A DNA stretch of 64,000 bases, from NCBI GenBank assembly GCA_965153455.1, contig OZ234493.1:29564213-29628212 (forward strand). Direction: 5' to 3'. The stretch comes from Sphagnum compactum. Taxonomy: Eukaryota. How positions within the stretch are numbered: the first letter of the stretch is position 1; every line of letters starts with the position of its first letter. Positions 54,083 to 64,000 of this stretch are shown here, in pieces. The notes below the pieces were generated by a model. The model made no database searches. It was not told the origin of the DNA and worked only from the letters and a program-made list of their open reading frames with translations. The position numbers and the translations under genes are program-made.

Positions 54083-56398
54083 GAGTGTTGGCAAACCAAC
54101 CCTTAGCAATAAATCTGTAATGACACAAATTGCAGATGCAAATTAGTGTGCACAAGGCTTCCTGCTCAATGAAGAGAGCCCTTGGGAATCACAACAGAGA
54201 TAGTGCTCAGCATCTCATAAAGTAGAATCAATCCTCCACCCCTAATCAGTTTGAAACTCCTTTCCTTCAACTTGTCTTTAGGCAGACCTTTTGCAACATT
54301 TAACCAGAGGGCAGCCCTCTACAATTGACAAACAGTGGCACTCACAAGATCAGAGCTGAATCCTTTAGACATTTCAACACACCAACATCCTCAAATTTCA
54401 CTGGAAAGAGAACTGGCACAGGATAACCTACCTGCAGCGATGTATTTGCAGCCAATAACAGCAGCAAATCTTGTTTCACAGAATACAACTGAGCCTGTCC
54501 ACAAACACCTCAATTCTCTCTACAGTCTTCTCCAATCCATGATTACCAAAATGATTTCTTCAGATATGAAGGGTGTCAGGTCCATTCAAGCAACAAAGTC
54601 CATGGAAATGTAGACCTTGCCTACTAGCAAAGACACCCTTCACTTATATTTTTCACTCAAAACCAAATTGTCGCTAGGGGACAGCTAGATAAAGAGACAC
54701 TGATATGCACACAAGTGCCAGAAAGAGATAAACCATTCATGAAGGGAACGCCTTGGAATTGATCACAACCAAGAAGCTTCATATTCCACTGCAGAGAAGG
54801 CAAACTTCTGGTGTGATTCTTGTTCACTTTAAACAGGAGTCCCCAATTTCCATGCAGAATATCAAGTACAGTAACAAACCTTGCAATGTTGTGCATTCTC
54901 TTTGTCTTCTTCCTTGTTTTGGTCTTTGGTATGTTTAATAGTCTCCTCCAGGAACCATTGCTCTTGTTCATCCAAGCTGTGTTCATCATACTCCAATTCC
55001 AACTCCATACCTTGCTCAGCCTGAGTACGATATGGTCTTGCACTGTCTGAGTAGAAAGTACTCCCTCCATCTACAGGCCCTGGGCCTTTCTCAGCCAATG
55101 CTGGTGACATGCTCCCAGCTCCTGAAGCCATGAGGCTTTCAAGAAATGAGGGGGAAAGTGTATGGGACGTCCTCCTACTCAAGTTGGCAATGAGAGGCTC
55201 CCTAAAATACCCATTTTTCCACAGTGAAATAGAAGAAAAATGGTGATCCATGTTACCAAAAGATAAAAGTCTGTCCTCTTTCCCAGACTCAAAAAAATTC
55301 TGAGCAAGTTTCCACTGCAACCTCAATCCTTGGTCCTTATTGTGCCCATTTGGAACTTCATCCTCAGCATGCTCAGAAACTATCAGTTGGGCAGAAACTT
55401 ACCTGAGAAGCTCTGAGTGAGGATGCTAGATAGCTCCCATAGATAGGAAAACCATTTCCAAGTATCACATTAACCAATGATGTCATCTCAGAGACTCGGT
55501 TGCTACTTCCCTTCTATAACTGGAACCGCCATGAGTAAGAGTAATGGTGTACTTTTAAGCTTGGGGCTTAACTTACCCTCGTTATATAAGCCATTCAGGG
55601 AATGCTGAGAAGAGCCTGACACAGCCTCCCACTGCCTATGAGCCTCCAGTTGAGATGCTATGTGTTCAATGGTGAGTTTCTCCTCATCAACTTGAGGAGG
55701 AGTTTCTGTGCAACCAGCACAGGATTACCATGTTGCAGTCGTTGCACAGCAATGTGCTGCATTTGATCAGCAATCAAAGGATTGACTAGAGGAGCACCTC
55801 CTCTATAACCTCTTTCAACCCCTTGGGCCTTCAGTCCAACTGGCTGCTGCTTCCACTCCTCTTCAACTTGCTCTACAAGCTTTGTAACAGCATTGACAGC
55901 TCTGATGACAGTCATTCTATCAGGGCCTGTTATTTTGACAAAGAAGGTTCCAGACCCTGCTGTGAGGTTATCTTCCAGTTTCAACCGGCAATTGGTGTCC
56001 TTTTCAATACCCTATATAATAGCACCCCCTGTGCCAATAATCCTGGGTTTCAATCTCTTGTCTCGTAATGGAATCCTGTCCACTATCTCCCCAGACTTTG
56101 GATTCCCTCCCAATGTAGTTGGACAGCCCTGCGATCAAATTCAACATACTTTCCCTTGAACACCACAACTGTCTGCCGGCCCCTTATGTCCAAAGTACAC
56201 CAAATTCATAACATGCCCTGCACCAGTATACTAAGAAACCTGTCTTGGTGAGGCACTGATCATGTGTCTGGTCATTACTGTAATTGTGCCAACTTCCAAT
56301 GGCAGAATTAACACCCTGAAAGAAATGTATCCAAGCCTTGTGGAAAGATCGATCAGTGATAATTTTTCCATCTTTAGGATTCAAGAGAGGAAAGACAC

Positions 56399-56731
56399 CT
56401 GAGAAAAATGCGCAACCTCACCACAAAGATGGCAAGTAAGTTCCTCTGCCTTCCTGCACTTCCAGCTTCTTTCTACTGCTTTGGCCTTGGCTTCCCAGAC
56501 TTTGGCTTCCCTACTTGTGAAATCTGTGGGAACAGCATTTGGATCACGAGGCTCATCTTCATCTTCTGAATCACTCGCATTTGCACTCAACAGTTTGTTG
56601 TTGTTGGTCTTGATGGCCGGTGCCACTTCTCGCCGTGTGTCCTGTGGTGCCTTTGGAGGCCCTGTGTACTCCGTTCCATATACCTCCTTGAACCACTCCT
56701 CATCTCCATCATCATCCAGTTGATCAGCCAT
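56399..56731 (-). CDS. Open first coding exon of the CCHC/KH gene; with the start of exon 2 it would give a truncated 149-aa product
   Basis: 111 open codons and a CAG|GT donor, then 38 more codons (56128-56015) before the premature TAG. Confidence 0.7.
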
Positions 56732-58324
56732 TCCTCAAAGACTTGTGTTCCTCTGCTTCCTACTCAAGTTCAACCTCGTAATTCCTACTGTGGATGCAGC
56801 ACACTACCGCCACCACCACCACCAAGACAGGCTTATTACCTCATCCGTCCCCCGTCCATACCAAGCTCCATGTTAGTGCAACACAATATACTATACCTAG
56901 AGAAGAAGAAAGCAGACGGATTCCACAAACAAGCAGAACCGAAAATTCCTGTCCAAAAGCAGTCCATCACGATTGTAAGCTTGTGCTGTTCACGTTGTGT
57001 TTGGACAACCAACAACAACAACAATAAAGAAAAATATTATCAACGAAAAACAGCACGCAAATTGATCATGCTACAACAATCGTACCAGCAATCAATAAGA
57101 TTGCCCTAATCTAGTATAAAGAGAGACGAAAGAGCAAGCAAAAACAAAATTCTGACCACTTACTCTTCTTCTTCTTCTTCTTCTTCTTGCGGCATCTCGA
57201 TCCTTCAAAACTCGAAAGACCATTCCCGCAACAAACAATCGCAGCTGCAGCAGAGTATGGAGACGACGAGAACGACGACGAAGACGACGACGACTTATCT
57301 CCGTTTTACTTTGGAAGGTCCAATACAACCTGTACTGGGCCTATCAAATTCCGAAAGATCCATTTTTATGATTAGTCACTTTTTAAAAATAAGAAAAAAA
57401 AATTGTTACTTTATGTAGAGGAAGGTTATGCTATGGCAGGCTTTGGAATTTTTGACCTCTCTCAACCTATCCACCTCAGGGATCTCAAATCCAGAAGGCC
57501 CCCCCCATAAGGGGACCTTCTCCTATATGAATACCCCTACATTGAACCTATTTTTTGAAAGCTGACCTACTTTTTAAAATCTTAATATAGAGCTAAGATC
57601 AACACCTTAAACTTTTTCTAGTTTCATTTTTATAATTAAATTGTATTACTTGTCACTATTGTTGTATTATGTTGTAGGGGAGGTTCTCATATGAGTGCAT
57701 TCTCTGGAAGAAGGGCGTGAGCTTGATGGTGTTCCCAAACCCTCAAGAAAACGCATGAGTACATGAACCTCCCCTTACATAAACAACTCTCTTTGTATTC
57801 AATTTTGTAAATTGGGGGAGCTCCCCTGACGTAACACCCTACGGTTCTTTTGTTGGGGAAGATCCCTCAACAAAATACACATAGAAATAAAAAGGGAGTT
57901 GTTTATGGTATATTTATTTTATCTTGAGAATTGAAATTCTAAGAAACCGTACTCCATGAGTATTTACATATAACATGCACTGGTATAGTGAAAAGTGATT
58001 TGATTTTACATTGAGGTTGGCCGTTGTGTTTCTCAATCTAACATTGGTGAAGTCAGTGATACTTCTTTCTATGATTGTCAAATAGCCATCCCAAACTATG
58101 TACAGTTTTGCTCATACTTTACAATCACAAATTTACAACCCTTCAAATTTCTATGTCCATGCATGTAAAATCTCTTGTGGTCAAGTTTTAAGTTAACTAG
58201 CTCAACACTAAGGACAGAGTAGCCAGCAAGAGTTCTAGTAGTAAACCTTTTCTTTGATGAAACAATGGAAGTGCATTGTGGTGGTGGAGGAAGAACCCTC
58301 TTGCATTCATAAAACAAACTTTTA

Positions 58325-59250
58325 AAAAATTATTGGTAAAAGTTTATGGGAAAATTATGTTCATCCTAATAGCATAATATTGATAGAACAAATGTGACAA
58401 AGCGAAGACATCTTTTACACATCATTTCTAAAAAATCTTAGAACAGGAAAATTTCTAAATCAGACTTTGAATTATTCAAACACAACTTTTTTCTAATTTA
58501 AAAATAAAGATATTTGAAGATCCATGGAGGACAGCAATCTTCCTAGTTCCTTGAAATGAATTACGCAATGCCATCAACCATCAAATCATAAAAATAAATT
58601 CAAATTCATTAAAACAAAAATGTTATACAATTTTAGCTATTGATATTTATAAAAAAAATCCAATATGTAATGACATCTAATACATTATAAAGCAAACCAT
58701 GACGACAAATCAAAATCAAAATTTAGCACCATTCTTAAAGATTTATAGAGGAATGAAAGTCATAATCTCTCAAAGCATATATCCAAAAATAGTAATTCTT
58801 AAAGGGACAATTGGTTATGTCCAAAATATTTTACTCACAAAATCACATTGGATTCAACATGATAATTTAATGCACCCACCCATTAATGTTCTTATTAATT
58901 TTAATGAATTCATACAAAAACATGAAATGTTACAAAACATAAACCTCAAAGGTCTACCTAAGAATGTCATACCAATAGCACCGATAATTAGAAATTTCCA
59001 ATATCATCATTCCATACAAGGATCAAACACTTCCAAAACTTTTAATATTAGTTGTTATCAATTACCACTTGCTTCATATTTTTGTTTGACTAACTTCAAA
59101 ACTCAAGGACAAACATTTGAAGATTTGGTGATAGACCTTCATTAGCCACTTGACAAATATGCAACCTAATATGCACAACATATATGTAACATTATTATGT
59201 TTATGTTCTTTAAATGGGCTCATGATTTTACAAGATATCATAATCCAAGA
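58325..59250 (+). mobile_element. Decayed Helitron-type PIF1 helicase, C-terminal part
   Basis: LWENY..PNSIILIEQM*Q (~58345-58400), GMKVII...KGTIGYV, QLPLASYFCLTNFKTQGQTFEDLVIDL and NIYVTL..L.SLNGLMIL match PIF1 motifs IV-VI. Confidence 0.8.
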
Positions 59251-59439
59251 CATGCACAAGGCTAATTTTAAAAAAAGGTCATTACATATGACAACAATAC
59301 CCGTTGTGATGTCAGACATTGAAAAAACCATTACTCCCAAATGCCTTAAGGAAAAGAAACAAATGCAACATGAAATGTGTAAACAAAAAATGACAACCCA
59401 ATTGAAATAATGATGATTTAAACAATCCATGAATAATGA

Positions 59440-59990
59440 TGATGTCATACATTACTGGCATGAAAAATTTCAATTAACAAACAAAGATAAAAACATATTT
59501 CTTAATTCAAATGGATGTTAAACAACCAACATTTGAGAATGGCTATGCAAATATTACATAAAGACTAATTACAATCTCTAAGATATGAACAACACACTTA
59601 CACAATCATGGGAACAATAGACAAAATTGTAAGAAAATCCTTTCAACATGTTTTCATCAACAATGATCATTGGATTTTAATCAAAATAAACACTTTTGCA
59701 CTATTCACATTGTACAATATATTATTAAAATATACCATTAACAAACTATTGCTCAATGACATCATACAATTATTTTAAAAATTAACAAATGTTGAACAAC
59801 TGTTATACAAATATACAAATGTCATGCACAAAATAGATGGTTCATCATGTGGTTTTTTTACAATATCGTATGCAACAAATATAACATTTGGAATTGATAC
59901 AAAAAAATCAAAATATATTTTATCACAAATTTGATTACATTTTAGAAATAATATAAATAACAATATTATTTATCCTTTTCCAAAATACCC
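59440..59990 (+). mobile_element. Decayed Ulp1/C48 cysteine-protease-like segment downstream of the helicase
   Basis: NNDHWILI (~59659-59682) and KIDGSSCGFFTISYA (~59829-59875) resemble the HW and Q.DG.SCG catalytic motifs. Confidence 0.55.
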
Positions 59991-62900
59991 AAACCAACAA
60001 CAACAACAACAATGTTAAATCTAAAAAAAAACACATTGGCCACACTAATAAAGTTGCATATACATGATTTTTATTTTTTTTCAAGATTTCTAAAAAACAT
60101 GAACAAGTATCATAACTAAAATTTTAAGTTTAACATAATGTTCAAAATTGGCATGATAAGCCATGTGGGTTTGGTGAACTAGCTATATTTATAGCCAAAT
60201 AACTAGAACTATGTCAAGGCTTTGAAAACTTTAGATTCCTTTGTGCATGTGATTATTTTTAAATGCATCATTCACTAATTTCACCATATTCAACCATTAC
60301 AATTTTAGATTTAATGGCCTATTCAAATTATGATTATAGGTGAAATCCATTATTGCATTATGAAAACCTTCGACAAATCATTGAATGTAAAAAAATATTA
60401 ATGGAACAAGATGACATATAGTGAAACTTACAAATTTTATCTTTTGAAAAGATATCCAATTGAAGAAAATTTTAATTCAATAATTTTTAAAGAGGTCTTA
60501 AATGGGAATGTACATTTGTTTGTTGTAAATGAAACAGATGTTTTGGTCCAAGTGTGACTTTAAGATGTATTAGGCACCATCAAATTATGCAACCATGAGT
60601 ACATTACTATTAGGTAGAATGTTCAGTGTTAGTTTTAGTGGTAGATGTGTTCAATGAGCCTAAAGTCAAAATAGTTTGTTATTATGTGTAATTTTTTTGC
60701 TAATTATGTTATGATTAAACATTCACCAACTAAATTGTATATCAAAATGTACCACCCAATTTTGTAATCAAATTTTATTTATTTTCAACTTTTGTAATAA
60801 AATTGCTTCCAAATTTTCTAGTTGCAATTGTATATTCACATGGTTGCACATGATTATAACATATTCACTTGTATAATCCAATGTTTGGTCTTAGGGATGA
60901 AATATTTTGACTTTAAGTCAACTATAATCTATTTTATTTCAACTAATGTTGACGACATTTGAGTTGACCCCTCAACTTTAATGGTAAAGATGTAGACATT
61001 TGTAACACATGGATGCATACATCTTGGCTATGTGGCATCATCCAATTCAACAAGTTTAAAATATTTTTGGACAAAAAACCATTTCATTTTTCCATGATTT
61101 GATGACATGGCAAAAAGTGATCCATTAAGTTGTCTTAATCTAGACAATTTGATGTTATAACACAAGGATAGATGATATGACACATAAGCAATTGAAGTTT
61201 ATCCACCCATGCCACATCAACTAATTATAGTTGAAAACATGTTCAGTTACATAGTATAACCAACTTCATCACTTCCTGCAAAATTAAGATCATAATTTTT
61301 AGTTTTTGATGCAACTGTTATTTTATAATATAGATTTGGAACATATTTCGAATTAAGAAGGTGCCAAGTATATTTTGATGAAAAGGTTTGGATCAAATGC
61401 ATGATGCTTATGAAATGTTTGATTTTTCCTTATAGATTCCAAAAAGGACAAGTTCAACACCTCCTAACTTTGACAAGTTGATTCCTTAGCAAGTAAAAAA
61501 TCAATAACTCTTGTAGGAACATCCATCCTATCATGAAGACTTTTGCCTTTGCTTTTTAGAATCCCCACAAGTGCATGAGGAATTTTATGTTGGCGGAGAT
61601 GAACTTGGGCTATGCGTGGGAGAATGGAACAACCAAATTTGGCATCTGATCATCAGTGAATGTAAGCCAATATGTAAAAACCAACAACATCCTTAACTGT
61701 TGCATCCAGAGAACCACCACAAATGTAGGAGCAACATCAAGCTCATCATCCTCACCAACAAGGGATCCTCCAACAAAGCTCAAGTCAGACAATGAAGACT
61801 TTTAATAAATCAACAATGCCTCTACAAACCCACCACCATGCTCCTCCCCCAATCCTACATGTGAGTCATAGTTTGACAAGGAAGCCTCCTCCCCCAAGAC
61901 TCTCAAGTTCTTTTCAGTATGGCCATCCTCTTCCTCCTTCAATAGACCAAGTCATGCAACCACACCTGAACAATGCTACCCATCATCTTGTCCACCTAGG
62001 AACTGAGGAGGAATTTTGGTCCCACACTAAGGTGAAAAATGAACTTGAGTCTTTTCATAATGAGAATGGTCATTTACAAAATCATTTTGCTCTTGCTCTT
62101 CTTCTGGCAATAGTAAACCTTAACCATTAGCCACCACATCAGTACAAAGTCCATAGCAGCCTATTGGGTGGAGTTTCATAGCAACATCAAGCTACATCAT
62201 CAATCGTGAACAAATATCCTTCACGACAAGTTGAGGAGCATGAACATGTTGTAACACATAAATTCTCCTACATGGATTTGACTTAGACTGAAGTGTTTCC
62301 AGTTATAATAGAATCTACATCTATTCATGTTGCGGTAGTAACAAGTTTAGAATTAGGGGTGGATTAGCTAATTCACCCCTCCAATCCACTTCCTTCAGGC
62401 ATCTAAAACTTGTCTTTCAATAATTGTCTTTTTTTTAAGATCTCCAATAAAGAGGACCTAAGGTTTGATTTGAGCACTAAAATTTAGACAGGAAGTATGG
62501 AAGAGCAAGCTTTGAGTGCAACTTTAGAGGCCCGAAGGAAAGGCCAGTGCATTGCAGTTTTGGACTCAAAATCTAGGGAGGCTAAAACTGACTTTTTTTC
62601 CCAACAACTTTTTCTCTCCTCTTTCTTTGAAAACTTTAAAGACTGAAGCAAGAAGGGAGTTGTACATCTCTGTGCCTCATGAAGTCGTTTCTACCTTTGG
62701 TTTCCCCTTCATTGGAGAGGTATCCACTACCCACCCGCAACTCTTCTTCTTTTATTTCTAGCAATTCCCATCATTTCCACTTTTTGAGTTTCTTGAGAAA
62801 CAATTGGTAGCTTGGTTTCTAATAGAATTTCTAGAATAGTTATCCAGCTAGGGTTTTTGTAGCTCCGTTTGGCTTGTCTAGTGAGGATCTGCTATAACAA

Positions 62901-64000
62901 CACTAATTTAATTATGTACCCAATTGAGAGATGCTAAGGTTTTGGCACTAAATGTGTCAAACTTAAGAACCTATAAACAAGATTACAAAACACAAAACAA
63001 TAATGCAAGATCAGTATCCATTCATAAGAACCTTAATAAATTGATCTTGTAATATGTCAATGCTTGAAAGAAACCCTAGCCGAACATTACTTTGAAAATT
63101 TTAGTCACTAATTTCAAGCAATTGTGGCAAGCAAAGAAAACAAGAACAAGTATTTGGAAGTTGGAAATTATGACCCCCTTGGGTAACATTAGCTTAAACA
63201 AAATACTTGAAAAAATTGCACGTATGTTCATGAAGCAAAGCTATGGACATGCACTTCAACTAGTCAAAGGGTGTTTTGCTTTGATAGGTATTAGGCACTA
63301 CAAACTTAATGGAGAAGTATCCAATATTGCAACACATGGGAAAGGAGAAGAAGTACATGTGCCAAGGTTCATGCTTAATGGGATTTTCAATTGATCACAT
63401 GAGCTTGAAAATTGGCGCTCCTGATGTGGAAAACAATTTCAAATGTCATTGGCTTGTAGAGCTTTGGTAGGAGGTTGTGAACTTCAAAAATGAGGTTGAT
63501 AGATAAGAAGCAGCTAAGTTGTTTGGTGAGGAGTTTCATACCTTAGGCCACATCGTTTGGTGCATTGAAAATGTGGGTGGTTTACAAGTGTGGAATGGAC
63601 ACATTGAACTTTCGGTGGCTTTTGCAAAATTGGCAATCATTGCTTTTATTCTAGTATGTCAAAATCTTTTCTATAAAACCTCAAGCATTTCGAAGTTGTT
63701 AAGCTAACATATTCCCTTTTTTGATATCACAGTAATGTTGTTTGGTTGTTTCATGGGCTTGTTGATGGTATTTATTGATTTTAATTTCTTTTGAATTGAA
63801 TATGACAAATGGAGTCATTTCATAATGAACTTGGTTGGGCCTTTTCACATTCCACAAGAACTTATAATTTGATCTAAATTGTAGTGATTTACAAATGTCA
63901 TTTAAATGTAGAAATATTTTAGGACCTTCAACCTTGATTGAATGTGGAGGATGCAATGAAGAATATTTTTATGCACGTTTGTTAGTGGATACACCATTAG

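Larger units (their letters stand above)
53670..56731 (-). pseudogene. CCHC zinc-knuckle + KH-domain protein gene (family of Arabidopsis At3g62330), disrupted
   Basis: Exon 1, 56731-56399: MADQLDDD...DPNAVPTDFTSREAKVWEAKAKAVERSWK...CHLCGEVAHFSQ. Exon 2 from 56128: GCPTTLG...RIIGTGGAII*GIEKDTNCRLKLED, a KH GxxG loop with TAG at 56014-56012. A later exon ends at 54880 (LDEQEQWFLEETIKHTKDQNKEEDKENAQHCK). The last exon from 54036 reads VLREIQERYQ*KMTQLRAKQ, with TAG at 54006-54004. A frameshift is probable near 55720. Middle exon boundaries (55580-55100) are uncertain. The family was recognised from memory of the DPNxVPTDFTSREAKVWEAK motif. Confidence 0.85.

Noticed and set aside
56012..56014. 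Programmed stop read-through, recoded TAG or U-to-C editing
   Set aside because: ARPC2 and HINT use TAG as a normal stop. The gene also has a second TAG and a probable frameshift, so pseudogenisation is simpler.

Overview
AT-rich, intron-containing eukaryotic nuclear DNA from a land plant. A moss such as Sphagnum is my inference from the plant-type CCCTAAA repeats, the gene structures and the repeat style. The left ~41 kb has no recognisable host protein gene. It is a mosaic of decayed Ty3/Gypsy and hAT remnants, two ~0.85 kb TG...CA solo-LTR-like elements, MITEs, four copies of a rolling-circle-like element and small tandem duplications. The right third holds three genes. (1) An intact 9-exon ARPC2 gene (Arp2/3 complex subunit 2; minus strand, 46760->41778, 314 aa) with a ~42-bp minisatellite just upstream. 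(2) A HINT (histidine triad) pseudogene in which a transit-peptide-like N-terminus is joined out of frame to the C-terminal half of the HIT domain. (3) A CCHC zinc-knuckle/KH-domain gene disabled by two in-frame TAG codons and a probable frameshift. A decayed Helitron-like PIF1 helicase plus Ulp1-like protease remnant follows. I found no convincing wholly novel system. The most interesting items are the two adjacent pseudogenes, the promoter minisatellite, two duplications inside ARPC2 introns and the asymmetric-inverted-repeat element family. All coordinates were read by eye and no database searches were run.
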